Shown here: positions 35,795-47,186 of the stretch, in pieces
Numbering within the stretch: the stretch's first letter is position 1
Layout: the number at the start of each line of letters is the position of its first letter
Assembly: GCA_004431415.1 (NCBI GenBank)
Contig: QPMI01000066.1
Location: forward strand, 186,001-250,000
Length of the DNA stretch: 64,000 nucleotides
Direction: 5' to 3'
From: Cyanophora paradoxa CCMP329
Taxonomy: Eukaryota; Plantae; Glaucophyta
Notes under the pieces: model-generated
Told to the model about the DNA's origin: nothing
Seen by the model: the letters and a program-made list of their open reading frames with translations, nothing else
The model's database searches: none
Position numbers and translations under genes: made by a program

Positions 35795-38700
35795 TCAAAC
35801 TTTTGATATGACGAACGCCGGCGTCCGCCGCAGTCCACGCGCCTGCAGCCGGACGGCGTTGCGGGCTTCCTAAAGAAGGACCCGAAGGGCGCCTCGGAGA
35901 TGCTGCAGACCGCGCAGGCGCTCCACGAGGCGGGGCTCACCCCCGCCGACATCCTCTCGCTCTTCGAGCGCTGCCCGCGCCTCCTCAAAGCCCGTCCCCG
36001 CCCCTCCCCACGCCGCTTTGCTGCTCACGCGCGCCCGGCGCAGAGCGTGTGCCGCGTCGAAGTGGCACCCGTGCTCGCCTTCCTCTCCGGTACCCCTCCC
36101 TCCCTCCCTCCCGTCCAGTCGAATACGGTACCACCCGGGCCGGCCGCCAGAGTACGGGATCACGGGGCGGGACCTGGCGACGCTCGTGCGGAGGCAGCCG
36201 CTGGTCTTCGCGAAGGGCGCCGGGCTCCTCTCCGGCGGCTCCAAACTCCGCGAAGTCGCCACCTTCCTCGAGGTCCGCGGCTCGAATCCGCCCGGGGCCC
36301 CTTTCCGTCCTGCCTTCCTCCCGACCTACCTACCCGCAGGTCGAGTGCCGTCTCACGCGTCCCCAATTCGCGCGCGTGGCCCTCGGGTGCGCTGCGCCGG
36401 GGTACCGCATTCCGGCCGGCCGGGCTGTCCGCCTCACGGTGTACCCCCCAGGCACTCCGGCCTCTTCTCGAACTCCGTGGATCGAAAGCTGAGGCCAGTG
36501 TCTGACCTTCTGATCCGCCGGCTCGGCCTGAGGCGGGGCGAGGGTGCCTCCCGCCCGCCCGCCGCCGCCCACCGAGCCGACGCCGACGCCCCCGCGGCGC
36601 CCGCAGAGGACGAGGGGTCGGGGCCCACGCTGGGAGAGTTTCTCGCGCAGATACCCCAGATCTTCGGGCTCAGCATCGAGGTGCGCGCGGTACCGCCCGT
36701 CGTCTTTCCCCCGCCCCCCACCAACGCGGTACCCCAGCGGTCGATCGAGCCGAAGCTGGATTACGCGTTCAAAGAGATGGGCCGCACCCCGGCCGAGGTC
36801 GCGGCCTGCCCCTGGTCCGCTCCGCTACCCCCTTGGCGCCTCGTGCCCCCCCTTCGAACCCTGTACCCCCAGGTACCTCTGGTACAGCCTGGAGGGTACG
36901 ATCCGCCCCCGGCACCGGTTCCTGCTGCACGTCGCCTCCTCCGCCGGCGGAGCCGCATGCCCTGCGCCCCGCCCCTCCCTCAAGGTACCCCCCCTCCCCC
37001 CGCCCCGGCCGGGCCGAAAGCCGTACCCCCCGCGGCCTCACCCCCCGGGGGACTCGCAGGCGATGTACGCCTGCACCGACCGGCGCTTCGCGGAGGCAAT
37101 CGCAGGGTACGCCGTTCCCGTTTTCTGCGTATCCGACGAATTCCCGTGCCCAGCGCGCCCGCCCCCAGGTCGACGCCGGACGCGTACGAGCTGTTCGTGA
37201 GGGGGCTGGTGCCGCCCGCGGCGGCGGCGGCGCAGGCGGCCGGGCCGGGGGCGGGAGCGGCCGCGGGCGACTCGTCCCAGCCTTCTGAGCCGGCGATGGC
37301 GCCGGCGCCGGTGAAGCGGGATGGGGAGAAGCAGCCGCGGGGCCGGGGCCGCGGGGCCGGGGCCGGGGCCGGCGAGGGCCCCCGCGCCTCCGTCCTGGAG
37401 AGCCTGCGCCCCTACGGCGTCTCCAAGTCCGAAGCCACCCGCCTCTGCCAGAGGTACTCAAATCACATCACATCAGATCAGATCCGATCGTATCTGATCT
37501 GATCTGATCTGATCGCAGGTTCCCGTCGCTGGAGGCGTACTCGGCGCGGGGCCACCTGGCCCCCGCCCTCGCGTTCCTCCACCGGCGCCTCGGCCTCTCC
37601 ACGGAGCAGGCGAGTGGCCATGGGGAAGGAGGAGGCAGAAGGGCAGAGGGAGCGGGGAGACGAGCCCGTGAGCGATAGGCAGGCGCGCGAGCGAGCAAGC
37701 GAGGAGGAGGAAGGATAGAGGGAGTGGGGAGACGCCGCCCGCCCGTCTATCATGCCCCCCCTGGCCCCGCTTCGCTCAGAGGAGGGAGGAGGAGGAGGGA
37801 GGATAAAGGGAGCGGGGAGATGCCGCCCGCCCGTCTAGCGAGAGCGAGCGAGCGAGCGAGAGGGGCGGCCGCGCCCCGTCCCGCCGCGCCCCGCTCGCCC
37901 CGCTTTGCTGAGAGGGCGGGCCGTCGGCTCTCGGCCCTCGGCGCAGGTGGGGCGGATGGTGCGGCGAAACGTGCGGTTCTTGGGGGCCGGCCGCCCGACC
38001 CTCGAGCGCGCCGTCGACTTCCTCGAGGGCGAGCTCGGCCTCCAGGCCGAGGTCCGTACCCCCCTTCTTCCCCCCCCCCCCCCCACACACAGATCTGCGC
38101 CGTTCTTCTCATTCTTTCTAGCGCCGCCCCTCCCGCCCTTGGTCCTTACATATCGGAGTCCTTAGTGGTCCTTGGAGTGGTGCTTTTCTTTACTCCTTAG
38201 AGTAGTCCTTAGAGAAGTATTCCTCTCAGTAGGTCCACACGCCCCCGCCTTCGCTTCCTGCTCCGTCCAAAGATCTAGATCTAGCTCCCCCGCCCCCGGC
38301 CCCCGCCCCCGCCCTCGCCCTCGCCCCGGCCGAGGCGCGGCCGCGCGGGGGGCCCGGCCCGCAGGAGATCCGGCGGCTCGCGGTGGCGAACCCCACCGTC
38401 CTCTCCGCCAGGTCCGCCCCGCCCCGCCCAGCCCTGCCTTGTTTTGCGTTGCCTGTTCCCTTCGGCTCGGCTCGGCTCCGCTCGGCTCGGTTCCGACGCC
38501 GCCGTTCCCTCCCCGCAGCGTTGACCGCACGCTTCGGCCCAAGTCGAACTTCCTCGCCACGTGCGCGCCCGCGCGGGGCGGTACCCCCCTCTCCTTCAAA
38601 CTGATGGACGCCGTACCCCCAGGACGATGGGCCGGGCGCCGCGGGAGCTCCTCAAGTGCCCCTCGTACTTCAATCTGGGCCTGGAGACGCGCATCGTACC

Positions 38701-39102
38701 CCGGCGCGCCCGCGTTGGGCCCTGTACCCGCAAGCCCGGGGCTACTTCTGACGCGGGGCGGGGGGTACAGGTACACGTACGCGGTGGAGAGGGGGCGGGA
38801 CGACCTCTCCCTGGGTACCCTGCTCATTCCCGGGTACACGCGCCGCGCCCTGCCTCCCCCCCCCCGGGGTCCGAATTCCGTACCCCCAGGGACGTCGAGT
38901 TCGCGGTGAACGTCATGCGGGGTACGACCCGCAGAGCACGTCGGCCCCGCTCTCCCCAGGCTCTCTGACCCGGGGTTCGTATCCAGGGACGGTCGCTGAC
39001 TACATGACCTTCAAGCTTCGGTTCTGCCTGCCGGAGGCGGGGGAGGCGGGGGGAAAGGTGCCGGCGCCGGTCGCCCCTGGCGACGAGGGCTTCGTGAGCT
39101 AG
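35042..39102 (+). CDS. mTERF-family protein, probably organelle-targeted
   Basis: Repeated mTERF motifs: CPRLLKSVCRVEVAPVLAFL, IPQIFGLSIERSIEPKLDY, YLWYSLEGTIRPRHRFL, CPSYFNLGLETRIVPR. Ala/Ser/Arg-rich N-terminus. Confidence 0.88.
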
Positions 39103-39624
39103 TGGTACCCCGTGCGCCGGCCGCCCCAACCCCCGCACGCCGGGCGCGCCGGGCCGCCCCGCGTTGGTAGGTCGTTCCCAAATAGCTTTTTGATCTGATC
39201 TGTGGCGAAGGCGATCTCTATTTAACTCAGAAAGCCTTGCAATCGAAGGGAACAGAGTTGAGTGCTCGCATCAAACCCCCCCCCCCCCCCCCCTAGGCCT
39301 CGAGCTCCCCCCCCCCCACACACACACACGCCCAGCTTATGCATGATCAATCACATTGGATTTCGAATTAAAATCGAACTCGGCACTACGTACATGCACA
39401 CTGATTATGTGATGTACAACTGAAACTGAGCTGCTGCAAAGAACACACCGGATCCGGAGCGACTAGTACTGTGCAATTTCTTAAGCTTTCAAACTTCACG
39501 CAATATCTATCTATCGATATCTCGACTACTACATGGCTACGTACACTAGAAAAAGTTAATTATAAGCATCTGAAGAAACATTCAAGGCTGAAAAAATGCT
39601 GGAGTTATATTTCGACTATATCTG

Positions 39625-41030
39625 TCACAGCGTGCAGCGGCGAGAACTCGGACCGACGCGCAGGGCGGCGTTGGCGGCGGCGAGCCTGCGCATTTGGATG
39701 ACCCCGTCGGAGCAGCCGTGCCACGAGCTGCGGGCACGGCAGAAGGCGGCGGCAACGGCCTCGTCTGATGGAGCTCCGCTTTCTTCTTCCGGCTCGTGAT
39801 CGGACGTCGACTTCGGAGAGGGCGGTGCGATCGGGGCTGGCGCCGCGGGTTCGCGATCGGACTCCCGCGGGGGAGACGGCGACTGCCGCCGCCGGTCGAA
39901 TCGGCCCGTCGACGTCGGCGGAGTTGCGGGCGGCGTCGGCAGAAGGGCTGGAGCGGTGGCAGTGGCAGAGTCCGCAGTGGCAGACCGAGGGGAATCCGAA
40001 GCGGGGCCGGAGGCGGCGGCTCGGATGCGAGCGACGGCGCCGAGGACGGACCCAAGAGGGACCTCGCGCCAGGGGCGGAGACGCCGGTGCACGCGGGCGC
40101 CCACTAGCGCTGGGCCCGATTCCGAGCCTGAGCAGGAGGTGACAGCCTCCACAACGGCCCAGAGGAACTCAGCAACCGACTTAGCTCCCGACGCAGGATG
40201 AATACCTGCTCGCAATTAATATTAGCTAAAGACTTTTTGGATGAACACAGTAATTATAGTTTCCAATGCAGCTCACATTTGACGGCGAGGCTGATTATGG
40301 AAGCCGTGAAGCGCGACTGAGGTATCGCCTCGCAGCCGTTGCTATCTGTGGTCCAGTCGTGCAAGGCGACCACCATAGCGTCCACCTCGTCGAATGTCGT
40401 GCGGAGGGAGCGGGCGAGAGACACTGCGAAAATTTGCAATGTAATTAGAAATTTTGCACAGTGAAAGCTCAATCTGGCGGCTAGCGCTAGGCGGCTAGCA
40501 CTATATAAATAATTTCTGTTAACCGTTGAACACAAGTTACATGAAATGTTTATTTACCGTGGAGGCGGCAGTAAGTATCCTTGGTGAGTACGCTCCGAAT
40601 CCCAGCAAAAGAGGGGGAAGGCTTCTTCACCGCGTCCCAGAGCTGCCAGGTAAACGTTAACTTTGAGCGGCGCGGACGAGCTCAAGGAGATATATAACAT
40701 GCGAGCAAACGCACAGTTGTCAGTGGCGCGTGGATGAGCTCCTCGTCGCGGTCACGGTCCGCGGCCGGCGACGGCGCGTGCGGGCCGGCCGCAGCCGCGG
40801 CCTCGGATGATGTCGACGTTGACGCGAGCTCGCGGCGCGCCGGCCGCGAGGGGACCTCGGTCGGTGCCATGGCCAGTTCACTAGCTATAGGCGTCGTAAA
40901 CCGCAAGCTGGGCAGCGACCGCGGAGCCCGCGGCCGCGGACACAGCGGCGATTGCGGCGTTTCCGCGCAGGCGTACGCCTCTAGAGCTGGCGCTGACGCA
41001 GGCCGCGGGCGTGCACGTGGCCAGACATCT
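39625..41030 (-). CDS. EF-hand-like uncharacterised protein, copy B (5' end unclear, possibly degenerate)
   Basis: WQLWDAVKK..SVLTKDTYCRLHG / LRTTFDEVDAMVVALHDWTTDSNGCEAIPQSRFTASIISLAVK / AEFLWAVVEAVT..RARSSWHGCSDGVIQMRRLAAANAAL; intron positions match copy A. Confidence 0.55.
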
Positions 41031-41416
41031 GGATCCGTCGACATCGCCGAGTCGCGATCGGCGAAAGCTGAAGACGACGATGCGTGCCGCGGTACCGGTG
41101 ATGACTTCCGGAGAAGTTCCTAACCCCGAGCCTAGCTATAGGCGAGCTGCTGCTGCTGCTGAGAATGCGCTCTGCGGCAGGCCTAGGCCTGTGCTGAAGT
41201 GGAACTACTATACACGTACTTGCCAAGTTCAACGGTTGCAAAGTTGTACACGGTGACATCACTGACATGTACATGTGTCACACACTGTGTGACAGCCTGG
41301 CAGTGTTGAACTTCGGAACTCAGGCTGTCACAGTGTGAACTTCCGAAGTTCGGAATTGCACAGTGCAGCAGCTGCCGCGGCCCCGCGGCCCGCGGGTCCG
41401 TAGTACTGTAAAAAGT

Positions 41417-41766
41417 CTGTAATTCGGGTAATATTTAAGACCCCAAAATAATTAGTAATCCCGGCCCGGGGTTTAATCGGTTTAGTAGGCTGAAAATAAT
41501 TAAGAGTTGGCCGCGCGGAGCGCTTTAGTAGCGGCCTTTAGAAGGGGTGGGCACGCGTACGGCGCGCGCTAGGGGTCTAGATCTGTTGGAGCGTCCGAGA
41601 GCCCCCTCGCACTACAGCTAGCTTCTCCCGCGCTGCAACTAAGGCTGCGCTACGTACCCCCCCTCGCACCTCGGTTTTGTATACGATAAAACTTTAGTAG
41701 TCGGGCCTGAAATTAAAACTTTGGTACTATAAAGATCCAGTATACTAAATATTTCCCGACTTACAG
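41417..41766. mobile_element. MITE with CTGTAA...TTACAG termini
   Basis: CTGTAATTCGGGTAATATTTA vs TAAATATTTCCCGACTTACAG (19/21 IR); TA on the right, extra TACTGTAA at 41404. Confidence 0.7.
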
Positions 41767-41809
41767 TACTCGGGAGTCGGGACTCGGGACTCGGGACTCG
41801 GGAGCCTAC

Positions 41810-42330
41810 CAGTGATGGGCACTTTATTAATAAGTACTTATAATATTTTATTAATAACGTATTAATAATACGTTATTAGTAAGGTCCCGGAACAGCCATT
41901 CTTATTAATAACGTTTATTAGTTTGGGGGGGTACTTGTACACACACCATTTCTTGCACTCTATGACGAATCTGTGCATGCTAGAGCGATATAAAGCAGTT
42001 CTATACACGTCTAGAGACCTTCTGGGCACTCTTGCAGCTTGATATGATGCTCATAAGCTGATCAGACGGCAGCTCCAGACCATCCAGTACCCCCTTGGTG
42101 GCACATTGACCCTTTTATTCGACCCCCAACAGATATAGAGGGCACTCGCAATGCTCAGACAGCTTATATAAGAGTGTTTAGCACCAGAACCGAGCGGCAA
42201 CGCTCCTTCAACGCGTGGTTTCGCGCTTCTATGAGGAAGTAATTATTAATCTACTAATAACTAATTATTAACTATTAATAATCATTCTTATAGTGTCCCA
42301 TTTTGGGGGTTATTATTAATTCCATCACTG
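41810..42330. mobile_element. hAT-type MITE, 521 bp, copy 2
   Basis: Same TIR CAGTGATGG/CCATCACTG; 8-bp TSD GAGCCTAC at 41802-41809 and 42331-42338. Confidence 0.92.
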
Positions 42331-42385
42331 GAGCCTACAGCAGGCTACCGCCGCCTACCGGTAGGAGGCTAGGAGCCTAGGACTA

Positions 42386-42712
42386 CCGTGTAACACTTAT
42401 TTACTGCGCCACAAATTACTGCGTTCTAAAATTTCTGCGCCGGTATGCGCTTTACTGCGCAGCAGTCTGCGCTACCAAATTACTGCGTTCCATCGGTCTC
42501 GAAAATATGATATGTGTTAGCAAAGGGGGTAATTTTTAATACTGCGCTACCAAATTACTGCGTTCTAAAATTTTTGAGCGCAGTAATATGGTACTACGGT
42601 ACGTAGCGCAGTAGTTATGTCAGCGCGGTAATTTGGTACCGCGGTAATTAAGTGGCCCAGTGGGCGCGGTATAATACCCGGTAGTGCCACACGCTGGCCC
42701 AGTGGCACACGG
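42386..42712. mobile_element. TA-flanked MITE, CCGTGT family copy 2 (inverted relative to 9611-9897)
   Basis: TA|CCGTGTAACACT ... AGTGGCACACGG|TA. The right arm is the reverse complement of the copy 1 left arm; CAAATTACTGCG repeats are present. Confidence 0.75.
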
Positions 42713-43617
42713 TACTACTGTGACAGTAGCTATATATATATAGGCCTGGGCGCCGGCCAGCTTGAAGCCTTGAACTGCCAGCATTAAGCCTGCCCAGTGG
42801 TTCCGAGTTCAAGCCCTTTCAATTGGCCTGTACTACGGAATTTCCGAAGTTCACACGGAAATACCAAAAAAACATTGCAAACTTGCGAGCTCGAGCTCGA
42901 GTCGACGACGACTCGACGTCAGTTCGAACTTCGAATTCGACAGTCTTCGACTCTTTCATGCCGAAATTCAGCCGAATTCGAATCATGAATCATGATGCAT
43001 ATGGCGCTGCCAGCCTACTCACTGAGTCAGGCCCTTCAGCCCCTACTACTAGTCTACTACAGACTACAGAGTCAGTACAGAGTCCTACTACAGAGTCGTA
43101 GTACAGACTACAGTTAGTAGCCTGAGTACTGGTCTACTACTGGACCGCTAGCAGAATTCGAAGGCTCGAAGCCGCTCGATTCCCCGCTCGAAGCCTCGAA
43201 CCGTAAGTTCCGATACAGTAACTTCCGAACTAATTTGTGGCTATAGGCTACTAGGGTAACTAGGCTAGTTGTAGGCTCTTGTAGCCTATAGCTAGTTGGA
43301 ACTTTCCAGGCCAATAGCCTTCGTAGTAGTACTAGCGAGTAATAGTTCGACAAGTACTAGTAGTCTTAGCTAGTCTAGTACCAGTAGACTACTAGTTCGG
43401 AACGGCTGCCATTGACGAGGCAATCTCGATTGATCCATGAATGAAGGTTTTGAAAAAGCCGTTGTGCAATTCGCCCGGACCGACTCGCAAAAGTCGCGAT
43501 TCGATTCGTCATGTCGCTCCATGGTCGGACCATGATCCTCCGACCATCGACCGATGAGTCGGCGATGACTCGGCGAATCAGTGCCGATGAGTCGGCGATG
43601 ACGCCGTCATGACGGTT

Positions 43618-43671
43618 GCAAGTGACTCTCCACAATGAACTAGGGTCGCAAGTGACTCTCCACAATGAACT
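43618..43671. repeat. Direct repeat GCAAGTGACTCTCCACAATGAACT x2
   Basis: Directly visible. Confidence 0.85.
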
Positions 43672-44891
43672 TTACCGCATTCCGCACTGAATCCGCAGGC
43701 TCCCGCCACTGGGCCGCCAGCCTCCCGGGTCCGGCCCGAGCCGACCAATGGTCACGACAGATTGTCCTGGCCCAGTGGCCATTTTTAGCCAATCCAAGCA
43801 CAGAACTCTGGCTTAATTTGCTCCTCCAATTCGTCCGCCCGGCGCTGGCGGTTTTTCTCTTATAATTAGGTTCGCATTTGTTTTCTTGTTTTACTCTGCT
43901 AGCCAATGCCATCGGAAGTTCGTTGTTTTCATATACAAACGTGCATATACTCAGTGACTCATCCAGGTTCTCGAAGTCCCTACGCCCTGACCGTCGGACA
44001 TACTATGATAGCACTGCGGCATGTGGGGCCTTCAAGTACCGGGTAGGCTTCAACACAGATTTGCTCGAGGAGTATACGTAGGGGTGGGGGCCGTGGGGCT
44101 CGTGAGGGGTGGTTATAGGCTTATAGCGTATGAATTCGCACACACCGAGACAAATGGCTAGATCTAGAGATATAACTGCGGTGTCCATCTGTGTCAAGTC
44201 GAGAGATGAACCTACGGGACTAAGCCTTAAGCTTTCGGACATCGGACCGGGCGGAGCTCGGATGTGGAAATAACTGGAGAGGCTACCCCGGGGCTATATA
44301 GCTAGGTCTAGCGCTGCAGTACAGGCCTAGGGGGGATCCTACGCAAGGAGGGAATGACTATCCAAGGACGAGAGGGCGAGCAAGATCTAAGAAACAAGCG
44401 GACGGCTAGACGACTGCAGCTGTGACTGTACCTAGCAAGCTATGGCCTCCGGGAAGGCGCTCGGTAACCTAAGCCAATCTGTACACGCTAAAGTACGGCC
44501 CGCCGTGTCGTCCGCACGGCGGGTTCGGGGGTGGGGGCGCGCTCGTGCGGGAGCGGGCCTGGGAGAGCCACCGGGCTCGTGGGAACGGGCAGGTGTCGGT
44601 CGGGGGGAGGGGGATCGGGAGGGTATGGGGCAAGAGGGCGTGAGGCGGTGGGAGAGGACGGGGGAGGACCGGGTCGGGCGGCCGCGGTCGGGGAGGAGGG
44701 AGGTTCCAGTGGCGCGTCCCGCCGGGCTTCCAGTCACCTGACGACCGCCTCCCCCCCGCCGCCGCGGCGCCGCGGCCAATGATGGCCATGCATATGGGCG
44801 GGCTCGTGAGGGGTGGGTGTCACAGTGTGGACACTGTGGAGTCAGTGTACATGTGGAGTCACTGTGGACTCGTGTGTGGAGTCACTGACTT

Positions 44892-45003
44892 ATGTTGCAT
44901 CAGGAACAAGCTGATGGAAAAAAAGCTTGAAAAAGCGGCAACATCCGGACCCGGCCGCGGGGGGATGTTGCATCAGGAACAAGCTGATGGAAAAAAAGCT
45001 TGA
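44892..45003. repeat. 39-bp direct repeat ATGTTGCATCAGGAACAAGCTGATGGAAAAAAAGCTTGA x2
   Basis: Copies at 44892 and 44965. Confidence 0.9.
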
Positions 45004-45109
45004 CTATCATTTCGAATCGATGAGCGAGAAATTACAAAAGGGGGAGAAATCCTGTTCAAATAGAAGCCCAAATTCACGCTGTCGATGGGAATGGGATCAG
45101 ATCCTGCAC

Positions 45110-45960
45110 TAAGTCCCTCAGTCCTGGAGTGCACAAGCCCCGAGCTCTCGCGGACTGCGCCCCGCGGACATCTGCGGGCGGACATCTCAGAGAGTTGCGA
45201 GAGCCGTCCGGCCGCGCAGCCAGCTCACCTGGCCCGAAGAGCGAGGCCCGCCGGACGAGCCCCGCCCCGAGCTTTCGATGCCATGATGCGCTTGAGCGCC
45301 CTGCGGACTGCGGGCGCGCGCTACGGAGGCCTAGGGCATCTGCGGGTGAATATCGAGAGCCGTCCGGCCGCGCAGCCAGCTCACCTGGCCTAAAGAGCGA
45401 GGCCCGCCGTCTGTGATCATGAAGGAACCCGTGAGACTTCAAGTGAACCTGCCGGGCGGGGCGAGCGCACCATACACGATGTGAAGAAGACAGTCTTCAA
45501 GTGAGCACTTGCCGTCCGGGGGGCGTTGAAAGCCCCAGGCAGGGCGAGCTTTTTCAGTTCGCCTGAATCGGACGTCCCACTGCGGCCAGCGCGGTCAGGG
45601 CCTAGGGCGGCCAGCGCAGAGCGATCCAAGCAATAGCGTACAGCGATCTTCAAGGAGCCGATATCGATCGTCTATCCAGGCCGGCCAGCGAGCCAGAGGC
45701 GCGCGATGGGAGTGTTCAAGCTCTGCGCGGTCCGTGAACGCGGCGCAAGAACGGCAGCGGAGCGGGATGCATATGAATGAGCGGATCGGGAGGGATGAAC
45801 GATGTTGCGAGCCTCGGAGCCGCGGTGCGGGCGCGATGTCAGCCGCGGGCGCAGAGCTCGAGGAATTCACCTGAAGGCGCTCTCTTCCGACCGGCGCCCG
45901 GCCCCGAAAGGCAACAGAACTGTGCTAGCGCTGCTGCCTCGCGACTGCCGCATGCGCATG
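45110..45960 (-). pseudogene. Possible degenerate spliced gene with a tandemly duplicated exon-intron unit
   Basis: Minus-strand donors and acceptors (CAG|GTGAGC..CCCGCAG) are repeated twice about 157 bp apart; joined frames contain stops. Confidence 0.25.
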
Positions 45961-47186
45961 CGCAGACGCATGCAGCTGATCGCGCGTGAGGCCCGGGCCC
46001 ATGGCCAGACTCTGAGAAGGCTTCATGCATATGCATATGACTCGTAACTTGAGTCGTAAGCCCATTAAGCGCAGTCTGCAGGGCCTACCGGTAGCTACTG
46101 TGCAGTATATAGGAGGGGCTTCAAGGCTTTACTAAGTTTATTTGCGCGGGGCTACCCCAGTAAGTATTACGTATTCAATCATGAATGATTATTACTCGCG
46201 ATCGAGCCGGCGCCGCGGGCCGCGGGCCGCGGCCCCGCGCGCGCAGCGCTATATAGCTACTAGGCTAGCGCGCAGCGCTATATAGCTAGCGCGCGCTAGC
46301 ATTGCCTAGCAAGAGTCACTTATCGTGAATCGTGATCATAACTTAGTAACCCTTTAGATCTCGATTATATATATGTGTCGACGTCTTGCGATTGTCTGCT
46401 ATCTCTTTGAGTAGTATTTGTTATAGGGGCTCTTAGACGGGGGAATAATACTATGATAATCGTGCGCGCTAGCGCTGCGACCGTACGTCGTCTCTTAAAA
46501 CAAATAGTCCCACCGAAATCTCTCAAAAATCGAGGTGCCAGCTGCAGCTGTGGAATAGACAAAACAAGCGACGGCTGAACTCGGAAGACTAATTATAATT
46601 ATAATCTGCGGCACACTGTGACAGCAGATGCCAAAAGTTCGGAAGCGGCAGTACAAGCCTTGAAGAGGGGGGGTGAATCGCAGGCCAGTGTTGACAGGGA
46701 ATCGAACAGCGATGGCGGGGCTGAATTCGAACCAGGTGGGGGAAACAAATAGCAAGAGTCGCTACATTAATATTAACTTGCGATATGAATTGATCATGCA
46801 TATGACTCGCACGTGCACGTGCCGCAGCGCGCACGATTACTATTCGTACACTCCGGGCTCCGGGAGTCCGGACTCCGGGATCCGGAACCCATGGCCACGT
46901 ACTAGCCAAGTAGTAGAGAGTCAACGTCATCGAATTTTATAAGGCAGGCCGTCCTTTGATTAATTTCAAGCTCTATTATAACGTATTTTCTTGGAATCCA
47001 TGGCCAGCAAGGCTGTTATAATTAACACTATGACAGCACTGACACGTCTCTCGGATCGGATCTCGGAAAGCAGCTGAATCCCCCTTCCCTCCCCCCCTCC
47101 CCCCCCGAGGGCGCAAAGCAGGCCGCGGCGCCGGCCAGGCGGCCCGGCGCGGTCCGAGAGACGCCCCAGGCGGCCGGCGCTCGTTC

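Noticed and set aside
43375-46960. Autonomous transposase, Fanzor/TnpB or RT ORF
   Set aside because: No DDE, RuvC, RT or Rep/helicase motifs were recognisable here or elsewhere in the window.
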